The notes under the pieces are model-generated. The model was not told the origin of the DNA, made no database searches, and was given only the letters and a program-made list of their open reading frames with translations. A DNA stretch of 64,000 nucleotides from an uncultured bacterium. GTDB taxonomy: Bacteria > Bacillota_I > Bacilli_A > RFN20 > CAG-826. The stretch lies in assembly GCA_949285665.1 (NCBI GenBank), contig CASDYC010000001.1, forward strand, positions 5,376 to 69,375, in the 5' to 3' direction. Both the position numbers and the translations under genes were made by a program. Shown here piece after piece: positions 19,014 to 28,006 of this stretch. The stretch's first letter is position 1. Each line of letters opens with the position of its first letter.

Positions 19014-19235
19014 ATGAACTTTAACAAACAAAAATTTAATGCAACTTTAGCTGAAAATGGAATGACAAAAAAAGATTTATGTAAAATTTTAAATTTAAAT
19101 CAAGCAACTATTTATAGAAAAATAAATAGAAATGGTGATTTTAATAGAAAAGAAATTAATAAACTTGTAGAAATTTTTGGTTTAGAGAAAACAGAATCCT
19201 TTTTATTTGATGAAAACTTGCAAAATGCAAGATAA
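19014..19235 (+). CDS. Cro-like small HTH regulator
   Basis: 73 aa. HTH MTKKDLCKILNLNQATIYRKI. GGGAGG RBS. Confidence 0.55.
   Translation: MNFNKQKFNATLAENGMTKKDLCKILNLNQATIYRKINRNGDFNRKEINKLVEIFGLEKTESFLFDENLQNAR
19217..19231. promoter_or_regulatory. third operator copy (identical 15-mer) at the 3' end of the cro-like gene
   Basis: CTTGCAAAATGCAAG is identical to 18984-18998 and lies 233 bp downstream of it. Confidence 0.45.
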
Positions 19236-19240
19236 AACTT

Positions 19241-19516
19241 ATGACCATACACACACGCATAGAATTACTTCTTAAAAAATCTTATGAAACAAAAGACATC
19301 ATGATTTTAGAAGATTGCTCTTATTCAACAGCTAATCGTATTAAAAAAGTATGTAGGAAGTGTTTTGATGGATTAATTAAAGGTGAAGTAAATAGAAACA
19401 GAATTAAAGCAGAGAGTTATTGGAAGTATTTAGGAACAAGCTCTGAAGAAGAACTTATGAAAATTAAAAAGTTATTAAAGGAGAAAGATTATGAGGACTT
19501 ACTTGAAAGAAAATGA
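19241..19516 (+). CDS. hypothetical early protein
   Basis: 91-aa ORF in the co-directional early operon. Confidence 0.35.
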   Translation: MTIHTRIELLLKKSYETKDIMILEDCSYSTANRIKKVCRKCFDGLIKGEVNRNRIKAESYWKYLGTSSEEELMKIKKLLKEKDYEDLLERK

Positions 19517-19766
19517 AAAGGAGTTAATTGAAAGAGAATTATCAAATGAATGGGCTGAATTAGTTTGTAAAATAGTAGTTTTTTATAAAGAAAAACTTGA
19601 AAAAACAGATAAACGATTAAGCACTGATATGCTTGATGGTTGTCAGACTTTAATCGATATAGCGACTCTTTTATTAAGTAAGGAAAACTTAGAATACGTA
19701 TTTTCTTTGTATTCTAAAGAAAGGAAAACAATAAGATTTAGCCGAGCAAAATTGCCACCATTATAG
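19491..19766 (+). CDS. hypothetical early protein
   Basis: 91-aa ORF overlapping its neighbours. Confidence 0.35.
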   Translation: MRTYLKENEKELIERELSNEWAELVCKIVVFYKEKLEKTDKRLSTDMLDGCQTLIDIATLLLSKENLEYVFSLYSKERKTIRFSRAKLPPL

Positions 19767-19777
19767 AAAGGAGCATC

Positions 19778-20452
19778 ATGAAAAAACTTTATAAAAAAGA
19801 AACTTTCAATTCTAAAACTGAATGGCTTAATGCAAGAGGTATAGGCGGAAGTTCAGCATCTGTAATTCTGGGTTTAAATCCATATAAAAATAAACTTCAA
19901 CTCTATAACGAAATTAATTATCAAGGTGAATTCAAAGAGATAGAGCCAAACGAAAGTATGGAGTATGGAGTCAAGCTAGAGCCGTTAATTAGAAAAGAGT
20001 TTAAGTTAGATTTTCTAAACGATTATAAGGTTCATACACCTAAAAATAATGAGATGTATAGGCGAATTGATAAACCTTATCTAACTGCAACTTTGGATGG
20101 AATACTTACAAGAATTGAAGATAAGAAAAAAGGAGTTTTAGAAATTAAGACTCACGATATTAGAAATTATAAAGATGAAGAACTTTGGAAGAACGGACTT
20201 CCATATAACTACTATATTCAAGTTTGCCATTATTTATCAGTTATGAACGATTTTGAATTTGCAGTAGTAGTTGGGAGATTAAGATATATCAATTTTAAGA
20301 CTAATCAAGTTGAAAAAGTTGAATATGTATTTCACAAAATTTCAAGAAAGGAGCGTGAGAAAGATATAGAAACAGTAGAAAAATTAATTACAAATTTCTA
20401 TGAAAATAACATAGAAAAACACATCATTCCTAAAGTAGAAATTAAGTTTTAA
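19778..20452 (+). CDS. YqaJ-like viral recombinase exonuclease (PD-(D/E)XK)
   Basis: N-terminal WLNARGIGGSSASVILGLNPYKNKLQLYNE matches the YqaJ signature. Followed by RecT. Confidence 0.75.
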   Translation: MKKLYKKETFNSKTEWLNARGIGGSSASVILGLNPYKNKLQLYNEINYQGEFKEIEPNESMEYGVKLEPLIRKEFKLDFLNDYKVHTPKNNEMYRRIDKPYLTATLDGILTRIEDKKKGVLEIKTHDIRNYKDEELWKNGLPYNYYIQVCHYLSVMNDFEFAVVVGRLRYINFKTNQVEKVEYVFHKISRKEREKDIETVEKLITNFYENNIEKHIIPKVEIKF

Positions 20453-20471
20453 AGAAAGGAGAAAAATAAAA

Positions 20472-20888
20472 ATGATAGAAACTTATGATGTAGTTAATGG
20501 ACAATACAGTGTTCAAAAATTTGATGAACAATTAGAGCTTGCTAGAAACTTTATTAAAGAAAACGCAAAAACTAATTTAGTAATTCAGAGTGAAGATGAT
20601 TTAAAAAGCGTTAAGAAATCAAGAACAGTTATTAATGCAAAACTTAAAGAGATAGAAGATAAAAGAAAAGCATTAAATGAAGCTGTTATGGGTAGATATA
20701 ACGATGAATCTAAGATTATTGAAAAACTATTCAAAGAAACATCAGAAAATCTAACTAACAAAATTAACGAATATGAAGAGAAGCTAGGAAAACCAAAAAT
20801 ACTTACTCTAATTATTAAAAGCTATGACCTAAAAGTCATAGACAAAATTAGAAAGTATGCAAGCGGACTAGACTGTGAAATTAAATAA
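20472..20888 (+). CDS. hypothetical protein (possibly Gp157-like)
   Basis: 138 aa, helical. Positioned between the exonuclease and RecT as in siphovirus recombination modules. Confidence 0.3.
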   Translation: MIETYDVVNGQYSVQKFDEQLELARNFIKENAKTNLVIQSEDDLKSVKKSRTVINAKLKEIEDKRKALNEAVMGRYNDESKIIEKLFKETSENLTNKINEYEEKLGKPKILTLIIKSYDLKVIDKIRKYASGLDCEIK

Positions 20889-20897
20889 AACAAGACA

Positions 20898-21239
20898 ATG
20901 GAATACGAAGAAGTAAAACAAGAATACATTAAGTATTTAAACCAAAGAAATGCGTTCTCTGACAAAAGAAAAATAAATATCATCAACGAACTTGAGCCAT
21001 CGTGTGTAAATATCAATTTTGAAAAGGATGCAACTGGATTTGGAGCAGGGATGTTATTTGAAAGAAAGATTGATTTTAAAACATACAAAGCGTGGTGGAG
21101 CATGTGTCAAGGTTGGTTTTGTCAAAGAGCAACAAAAGAAGATAAAGAATTTATAAATCAAAATAGAGTTAAACATGGATTAAAACCATTAAAAATTAAA
21201 AATGAAAAGGAGAAAGAAGATGAACGAAACAACAATTAA
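20898..21239 (+). CDS. hypothetical protein
   Basis: 113-aa ORF with a Cys/Trp-rich middle region. Confidence 0.3.
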   Translation: MEYEEVKQEYIKYLNQRNAFSDKRKINIINELEPSCVNINFEKDATGFGAGMLFERKIDFKTYKAWWSMCQGWFCQRATKEDKEFINQNRVKHGLKPLKIKNEKEKEDERNNN

Positions 21240-22032
21240 AAACGAAGTAGCAACAGCAATTAGTAATTCAACAATTGCAGATAAGATTTTAGATAACTTT
21301 AATAAGTTAGTTTTGCAAAATCAAATTAAATTCCCAGAGAATTACAACGTTGGGAATCAATTAAAATTGGCCTATTTAAACATCATCCAAAAGCCAGATT
21401 TAAAATTATGCACTGCAAACTCAATTGGTCAAGCATTAACTGAAATGGCACTTCAAGGTTTAGAAATTGACCATAACCAATGCTATTTTATCAAGTTTGG
21501 AAATGAGCTTAAACTATTTAGATCATATTTTGGAGATATGGCTGTTGCTTTAAGAACTGGACTTGTAAAAGATATTAAAGCAGTCGTAATTCATAAAGAT
21601 GATGAGTTTGAAATGGATGTAATTAATGATGAAGAAGTCGTTACAAAACATAAAACCAGATTTGAAAATAAAGATAAAGAAATCATAGGTGCATATGCAG
21701 TAGCAACTCTTCCAGATGGAAACAAAAGATATTGCATTATGACAAAGGCAGAAATCAATAAAAACTGGTCTAAATCTAAAATGAAAGAAAATAGCGTTCA
21801 AGCAGATTTCCCTCAAGAAATGGCTAAAAGAACAGTTATTAGAAGGCTTGTAAAAACTTTATTCAATTCTGCAAATACAAAAGACAATTATGTATCAAGT
21901 GTTATCTCATCATATAACAGAACAACCGAAGATGAATACGATAATTCAATAGTTGAAAATACCGAAGAGACAACAGTTTCTAATTCCTTGGATGAAGTTT
22001 TAGAAGAAGAAAATACCAAGGAATTGCAGTAG
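21220..22032 (+). CDS. recT: RecT-family single-strand annealing protein
   Basis: AAAAGGAG RBS 7 nt before the ATG at 21220. RecT-like core (QALTEMALQGLEID...CYFIKFGNELKLFRSYFGDMAVALRTG). Confidence 0.75.
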   Translation: MNETTIKNEVATAISNSTIADKILDNFNKLVLQNQIKFPENYNVGNQLKLAYLNIIQKPDLKLCTANSIGQALTEMALQGLEIDHNQCYFIKFGNELKLFRSYFGDMAVALRTGLVKDIKAVVIHKDDEFEMDVINDEEVVTKHKTRFENKDKEIIGAYAVATLPDGNKRYCIMTKAEINKNWSKSKMKENSVQADFPQEMAKRTVIRRLVKTLFNSANTKDNYVSSVISSYNRTTEDEYDNSIVENTEETTVSNSLDEVLEEENTKELQ

Positions 22033-22317
22033 TTTTTTTAAAAAATATTAAGGTTTTGCAACATTAAAAATATTGAGGTTCTGATATGGTTTTAGGGAAA
22101 AAAGAAAGAAAGAAAAAGTTATTAGAGATAAAGGGATTTTCTTTTATTATTAATTTTCTTTTGGTATCAGAGTTAATTAAAAGAAAGTTAGTTAAAAGAG
22201 ACTATATTACTTTCTTGGATTACGGAAGATAAATCTTCCTTGAGCTATATTTAGAACTATAAATATCTAGCTCTCATGAGCTGATTATATTATCAAAGTA
22301 ACTAGGAGACATAAATA

Positions 22318-22755
22318 ATGCAAGAGTTGGATTTACTAGCAGAGATTGAAGAATTGCTAGAAACTTACACCAAAGAAAGCGTTAGAGCATTCTTAAAAGA
22401 ATACACAACAAAAGCCTATCGAGTTACTCAAAAGTCATTTACTACTTTTCTAAAAAATACAAGGCTGTTAGTAAAAACTGCCATTAACAATAAAAATTCT
22501 TCCTTAAACCTAGCAGTCTTGTATGAAGAAATAGTTCCTCAAATGGAAGTTAAAGGAGACAATCAAAAAATAAATCTACTAAATGTCTGGTTTAGGAAAA
22601 AAATTAGTGAAAATTTAACAAAAGAGGAAATTTTAAAAAAAGTAAAAGAAGCAAATAAAGACTTTAATAGGCTTATAAAAAACGATTTCGCACAAGATGA
22701 AATCAAAAAAATAAACGAAGATTATTTAAAATTTCAAAAGGAGATAAACGGATGA
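22318..22755 (+). CDS. hypothetical protein
   Basis: 145-aa ORF after a structured intergenic region. Confidence 0.35.
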   Translation: MQELDLLAEIEELLETYTKESVRAFLKEYTTKAYRVTQKSFTTFLKNTRLLVKTAINNKNSSLNLAVLYEEIVPQMEVKGDNQKINLLNVWFRKKISENLTKEEILKKVKEANKDFNRLIKNDFAQDEIKKINEDYLKFQKEING

Positions 22756-23162
22756 CAACAAGACAATGGAAATTATACAACTTACTAAAATCTGATCCAG
22801 ATAAATGGTTCAGTCAAAAAGAAATAGCAGATGCAATTGATGGCTATGAATACAAAGAAAGAGCTAATGACAGATGTTCAGCAATTCGAGAAGATAAAAA
22901 CGAAATCAATGCATCTTTAGAAGTCGATAAAATCATCGTTATGAAAAATTACAAGTTTAAAATTGGCACTAAAGAAGAGTATTTAGAAGAACGTAGAAAG
23001 CATGTATCAAGATTGAAAAAACAAGTCAAAATTATTCAAGATTTTGATTATAAAGTTAATCGAGATGGTTATGGGAAACTACTTTCAAACCAAGGAGAAG
23101 TAATCGATGAAAAATCAAAAGCAAGACGATTCTTTGAGACCTTCCTATCTTCAGAGTATTAA
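22752..23162 (+). CDS. hypothetical protein
   Basis: 136-aa ORF. Confidence 0.35.
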   Translation: MTTRQWKLYNLLKSDPDKWFSQKEIADAIDGYEYKERANDRCSAIREDKNEINASLEVDKIIVMKNYKFKIGTKEEYLEERRKHVSRLKKQVKIIQDFDYKVNRDGYGKLLSNQGEVIDEKSKARRFFETFLSSEY

Positions 23163-23475
23163 TTTAGTCGTAGTCACTGGAAAAGTTGTTCCAGTTGTAG
23201 ATTTTAAAAATATCGGCAAAAGGTTAATTCTAATAAGCAAAATCGAATTGCTAAACGCTAAAGGCAAATTTGCTTTAAAAGTCATAGCTTATGATGAAAT
23301 AGCAAAACAAGTAAATCTAGTTTGGAAAGATGGGAATTACGTTTACTTAATAGGCAAATTACTGCTTATAGACTATGAAATTCGCTTAATGATTACAAAA
23401 GTTGAATTATTAAGGGTGAGTAAAAAACAACAAGATTTAGGAATAGTTGGTGAATTAAATCCAGATAATTACTGA
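23107..23475 (+). CDS. hypothetical protein
   Basis: 122-aa ORF that overlaps the previous ORF out of frame. The start is uncertain. Confidence 0.25.
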   Translation: MKNQKQDDSLRPSYLQSINLVVVTGKVVPVVDFKNIGKRLILISKIELLNAKGKFALKVIAYDEIAKQVNLVWKDGNYVYLIGKLLLIDYEIRLMITKVELLRVSKKQQDLGIVGELNPDNY

Positions 23476-23488
23476 AAGGAGAATTTAT

Positions 23489-23803
23489 ATGGGAGTTTTT
23501 AATTTAAGAGGTAAAGTTATTCAAGATCCAAGATTAGTTAATTTTCAAAACGGATCTACTGCAACAATTGTAAGAATTGAGGAAGCAGTAAATACAAAAA
23601 ATCCAAGTTACATCGATGTTTATTTTAACGGTGATGCTCAAAATTGTATTCCAAAAGATATTGCGCTTTTTAAAAAGGATGTTGCAATTTCTGGGTATTT
23701 CTATGGAAGACTTAGTGAAAATGACAGTTGGAAAATGCCAATTGCAACTTTTAGAGGTTTTTCTCTTGTTATAACCGGGGGTTTAGATAATTACGATGAC
23801 TAA
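23489..23803 (+). CDS. SSB-like OB-fold protein (short, no acidic tail)
   Basis: MGVFNLRGKVIQDPRLVNFQNGSTATIVRIEEAVN...YIDVYFNG follows the SSB N-terminal pattern (N.V.L.G.L..DPEL....G.A...). Confidence 0.4.
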   Translation: MGVFNLRGKVIQDPRLVNFQNGSTATIVRIEEAVNTKNPSYIDVYFNGDAQNCIPKDIALFKKDVAISGYFYGRLSENDSWKMPIATFRGFSLVITGGLDNYDD

Positions 23804-24188
23804 TGCAAAAGAAACACTACTACTTCTTGATAGCGAGATTGCTTCTGCAAATGCAAAATATGAGTTTTATAAATCTAAGTTTGAATTATTATCAGCTCAA
23901 GATTCTAAGGCGATGCAAAGAAGAGCCTTAATGGCAAAAATCAAAATGGAAGAATATTTAAGTTATGTTGGTAATTTAATGGCAGTTAAAGGAGCGTTTA
24001 GAAAAAGAATTAATACTATACTTTCAAATTATAGCATTAAAGAACAAACAACGATTTTTGGTTATTACTTCCAAAATAAAACAATTAAAGAACTCTCAAA
24101 AGAATTAAACATCCCAGAGAATTTAATTTATCAAAGAATTAAGGAGTTAGAAGAGAATAATTTATGGCAAAAGAAAAATCACAAATAA
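23796..24188 (+). CDS. sigma-70 region-4-like/ArpU-like phage transcriptional regulator
   Basis: C-terminal HTH FGYYFQNKTIKELSKELNIPENLIYQRIKELEE. Confidence 0.4.
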   Translation: MTNAKETLLLLDSEIASANAKYEFYKSKFELLSAQDSKAMQRRALMAKIKMEEYLSYVGNLMAVKGAFRKRINTILSNYSIKEQTTIFGYYFQNKTIKELSKELNIPENLIYQRIKELEENNLWQKKNHK

Positions 24189-24466
24189 CAAGAAAGATAT
24201 TTAAAATCCAAGATAAAATCGCTTGGTTAAATCGTGAACTTAACATAATTGAGCGAGAAAAAACTGAATTTGTTAATAAGCTTAAAAAACAGCATGACCT
24301 TGATGATGTAAACATATGCAGAGTTTATAGATATGGAAGTCAAGAAGAATTAAAAAAATACAAATTTTTGATTAAAGAAGAAGATAACTTACTTAAAAAA
24401 ATCACAAAGCAAAACAAGAAAAAGAGATTATTGGAGGAGAAATATGGAAATAACTCAAAAAATTAA
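24164..24466 (+). CDS. hypothetical coiled-coil protein
   Basis: 100-aa ORF. Confidence 0.3.
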   Translation: MAKEKSQITRKIFKIQDKIAWLNRELNIIEREKTEFVNKLKKQHDLDDVNICRVYRYGSQEELKKYKFLIKEEDNLLKKITKQNKKKRLLEEKYGNNSKN

Positions 24467-24947
24467 TGAGCTTGGTTATGAATTTTTTCAAAAAGATATT
24501 TTTGTTAAAAAGATGTTTGATTTTATAAGAATTGAACTTTACTTAAACATACTAAACAAAGTCGCATTTGGAAATATTACAGTTTTTGGAAATATAGCTG
24601 ATGAATCAAGAATTAGTGAGATACAAACTGCATTTAACACATTAAAAAGCGATGTAAAGGAGATTAAAGATTTTATGAAAGTTAGCGCTTTATTAATAAC
24701 AACAGATAACAAAATAAAACAAATTGCACCTGAGAGTAAATATTTTACACTTGAAGAATTACAAGCGTGCGTAGACGGGTATATTGAAGAAGTTGAAAGT
24801 GAAATATATCAAAACTCACTTGAAATTGTAAATGAAGAAGGACTGATTAAAGGTTTGAAATTTAATAAACTTGCTAAACGATTACTTGGTCGAGATTATG
24901 TAGGTAATGTTCTTATCTGCCCAAAAGAATTATTGGAGTGTGAATAA
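24444..24947 (+). CDS. hypothetical protein
   Basis: 167-aa ORF. Confidence 0.3.
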   Translation: MEITQKINELGYEFFQKDIFVKKMFDFIRIELYLNILNKVAFGNITVFGNIADESRISEIQTAFNTLKSDVKEIKDFMKVSALLITTDNKIKQIAPESKYFTLEELQACVDGYIEEVESEIYQNSLEIVNEEGLIKGLKFNKLAKRLLGRDYVGNVLICPKELLECE

Positions 24948-24949
24948 TT

Positions 24950-25333
24950 ATGACTGCATTTTATTGTTCTAATTGCGGGTGCGTGTTTGATAATGACACC
25001 TTTGATTATTCAAAATCAGAGTTTAAAGATGATGGTGGATGTCCAATTTGTGGAGCAGATGAAATAAACGAAGTAAGTTTAATCTCTGACTTATATGAAT
25101 TATGTAATCTGTCAGATGAAGAATTTATACACGCATTATGGGAAATCTTAAACAAAAATAATAAAAAAGTAGAAGTCACATATCTTGGATGGATTGATAC
25201 AAGAAATCAAAAAGATTTAACAGTTGAAGGTAGATTAATTAAAGAAACCAAAAATGAGATTAAAGTTAAAGAAAATACTGGCGAAGTAATAACTATTAAC
25301 AAAAAGAAAATTAAAAAAATAAGGGAGTTTTAA
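24950..25333 (+). CDS. zinc-ribbon protein
   Basis: CSNCGC...GGCPICG, that is CxxC...CxxC. Confidence 0.4.
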   Translation: MTAFYCSNCGCVFDNDTFDYSKSEFKDDGGCPICGADEINEVSLISDLYELCNLSDEEFIHALWEILNKNNKKVEVTYLGWIDTRNQKDLTVEGRLIKETKNEIKVKENTGEVITINKKKIKKIREF

Positions 25334-25335
25334 AT

Positions 25336-25617
25336 ATGGAAGTTAGATTAAAAGACTTTAAGCCAAAATATAACATGATAGAACCAGTTCTTACCGATGT
25401 TAAATGTTCTCATATGTTACCTATTTGGAAAACACGATTTAGTGACTTAATTAAAAAATATGGTGAGTGTTATGTTTATTCTGTAAGAGATTATAAAGAT
25501 ACAAAAACAACAAGTATCTGTTTTGGAAAAGATAAACCAGAAAAAGATATGCCTTATTTAAGCCATACAGAACCATTTAAGGACGGAAGTGGTTATTCAA
25601 TAGTGAGTGATAATTAG
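25336..25617 (+). CDS. hypothetical protein
   Basis: 93-aa ORF. Confidence 0.3.
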   Translation: MEVRLKDFKPKYNMIEPVLTDVKCSHMLPIWKTRFSDLIKKYGECYVYSVRDYKDTKTTSICFGKDKPEKDMPYLSHTEPFKDGSGYSIVSDN

Positions 25618-25709
25618 ATATGAAAATACATGATTTAAAGATTAAATATGAGTATTTTATTGATATCTTATCGGGTAGAAAAAGTTAAATTATTTTAGAG
25701 GAAAAGTTA

Positions 25710-26414
25710 ATGGACAAAAGATTTAATTTTATTCATTCAAACGCTAGAAAGATTTGGTATATAAATGGCCAAAAATTTGAAAGTGATAAAGGAAGTAATA
25801 ATGGCAAACAAAAAGCCATTACATACGCACGTGAGCATTTACTGGATGAAAAAGACATTAAGAAATTTGATAGTCTTATGGAATTTAATCGTTATTTATT
25901 TTTAAAATCCAGGGAAGAAAAGGGAGAGATTAGTTATTTTAAAGATCATTTTGTTTTTCCGCTTTTAAAAGCATTTAAAAACGCAGATGGAATAGAGCAT
26001 GATGAATTACTTTATGAAGCTGATTTTTACTATTATGACAAAGTTTTAAAGAAGTTTATCGTAGAAGATGTTAAAGGTAATTTAGAGGATGTTTTTAGAG
26101 TTAAATGGAAGATATTTGATTTAATATACCTAAAAAGAAATTTAGCAATTAAATGCGTGCGCATGCGTGCACGTAAAGATCCATTAGATTCTGATAGTTG
26201 GTATTATTTTAATGAATTTGAAAAGCCTCAAAAAAATGTGGAAAAGTTAAGAGAAAAAAATAAGAAGTTAGAAAGTGAATTAAAGAAACTTGAAGCAGAG
26301 AAAAAGAAAGAAATGCGTGAGCGTGCACGCATGAAGGAACTTAAAAACAAAGAAAAACTAACAAGCTCTGAAAAGAAAAGATTAGAGGAATTAAAAAAGA
26401 AATATGAAAGTTAA
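25710..26414 (+). CDS. hypothetical protein with a C-terminal K/E-rich coiled coil
   Basis: 234-aa ORF. Contains the first alternating GC-rich tracts (KCVRMRARK, MRERARMKE). Confidence 0.35.
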   Translation: MDKRFNFIHSNARKIWYINGQKFESDKGSNNGKQKAITYAREHLLDEKDIKKFDSLMEFNRYLFLKSREEKGEISYFKDHFVFPLLKAFKNADGIEHDELLYEADFYYYDKVLKKFIVEDVKGNLEDVFRVKWKIFDLIYLKRNLAIKCVRMRARKDPLDSDSWYYFNEFEKPQKNVEKLREKNKKLESELKKLEAEKKKEMRERARMKELKNKEKLTSSEKKRLEELKKKYES

Positions 26415-27198
26415 AGAATATGTTGAAAAAAATAAACTAACAACTTTGTATTTAATTGAGGATGATTATTTAGATATATTATCATCAAAGGACATTTATG
26501 ATGCATATAAAGAGAGAGAAATTACACGTTTTAGGACATATGGAGATTGTGGAATTGCAATAAGTTGTTTAAAAACTTATGATAAAATTACTAATATGTC
26601 ATATGTTTTAATGTATAAAAATAAAGATGGAATTGTTGCAGTTGGAGATAAAGCAGTAGCTAGAGTATTAAATTATGAACCTTATAAATACGAAGTTTTA
26701 AATTTAGATGCTGTTAAAGTGATGAATAATAAAAAGTTTGTAATAGGAATACTAGGAACTGGTGTAATTGATTATAAAAATAAATGCGCCTATATATCAG
26801 AGTTAGTAAATAAATTAATTAAAAAATGTAAAAGTGTTAAGTTATTTATTAAATCTTTTAATGCAATTTATAAAAAAGCATGTCTTCCAAAATGTGTTGA
26901 AAGTGTGGAATATCGTTTTTTTATAGCAGATAAAAACTTGATGTATGATGTTAGATTTAAAGATTTAAAATGCACGATCTATACAAAAGAAGAAGGGCTT
27001 TTATGTAATGTTCCAAGTTGTTATCAAGATGTAGATGTTTTTGAATTTGATCCTCTTTATATTATTTCAAGAAAATTTCAATATGCAATCGCACGCACGC
27101 ATGAGAAACAAAAATTAGAATTTGATAATACATTTTGTGTTAGTAAAGAAAGTGACTGCATTATTTTGAGGTTTGAAGGTGAAAAGTATGAAAGTTAA
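26404..27198 (+). CDS. hypothetical protein, paralog A (internal HslV/Ntn-hydrolase-like segment)
   Basis: Shares MSY(V/I)L...KDGIVAVGDK, FV(I/V)G(I/F)(L/V)GT and ...THE(K/N)QK...NTF(C/S)VSKESD blocks with the next ORF. Confidence 0.4.
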   Translation: MKVKEYVEKNKLTTLYLIEDDYLDILSSKDIYDAYKEREITRFRTYGDCGIAISCLKTYDKITNMSYVLMYKNKDGIVAVGDKAVARVLNYEPYKYEVLNLDAVKVMNNKKFVIGILGTGVIDYKNKCAYISELVNKLIKKCKSVKLFIKSFNAIYKKACLPKCVESVEYRFFIADKNLMYDVRFKDLKCTIYTKEEGLLCNVPSCYQDVDVFEFDPLYIISRKFQYAIARTHEKQKLEFDNTFCVSKESDCIILRFEGEKYES

Positions 27199-28006
27199 AG
27201 AAATAGTTGAAGAATGTAAATCAATGAAGGCTGAAGTATTTTTAATAGAAGGCAATATTGACGTTTTAAAAAATAAAAAATTGTATGAAAGAATAAAAAA
27301 TAAAGAAATTTTATATATAGATGCCGATATTCTTTATGATAATAAATTTTACATAAGCATTTCTTATGACTATGGTAAAATGTATAAAATGTCTTATATT
27401 TTAATTAAAAGAACGAAAGATGGTATTGTTGCAGTTGGTGATAAGGTGATGTCTTGTGTATCAAGTTTTTACCCGTTAAGAAGATATAAAACACTTTCAT
27501 TAGATGCTACTAAGGTTTTTAAAAATGAATATTTTGTAGTTGGTTTTGTAGGAACTGCTTTTGTTGATATTGACAACAAAGATATAAGTATTGAAGACGT
27601 CATTAAAAAATTATTAAAAGAGATAATAACAATTAAAGATTTTGTTGAAGAATTTAAAAAAATTTATAACAATATGAAGAGGTTTATCTATTTCAAAAAT
27701 GTTGAATATTCATTTTATTTAGTTGACAAAAATAGTGCGTGTGTATATGAGTTTAAACAACAAAAAAGCGATGAAAACACAAAGGCTATTGAAGATGGTT
27801 TTTTATTTAATACACCACTTTATCGTGAAGAACCAAAAATTAATGATACTGACAATTTAGAAGAAGTTGCTGAAAAGTTTAAAAACGCAATCTCACATAC
27901 ACATGAAAACCAAAAAAGAGAATTAGGGAATACTTTTAGTGTAAGTAAAGAATCTGATGTTGTAATTTTAAAGTTTAAAGGAGAAAAAAATGATAAAACA
28001 AATTAA
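27173..28006 (+). CDS. hypothetical protein, paralog B (internal HslV/Ntn-hydrolase-like segment)
   Basis: Tandem paralog of 26404-27198 (MSYILIKRTKDGIVAVGDK, KVFKNEYFVVGFVGTAFVD). Confidence 0.4.
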   Translation: MKVKSMKVKEIVEECKSMKAEVFLIEGNIDVLKNKKLYERIKNKEILYIDADILYDNKFYISISYDYGKMYKMSYILIKRTKDGIVAVGDKVMSCVSSFYPLRRYKTLSLDATKVFKNEYFVVGFVGTAFVDIDNKDISIEDVIKKLLKEIITIKDFVEEFKKIYNNMKRFIYFKNVEYSFYLVDKNSACVYEFKQQKSDENTKAIEDGFLFNTPLYREEPKINDTDNLEEVAEKFKNAISHTHENQKRELGNTFSVSKESDVVILKFKGEKNDKTN

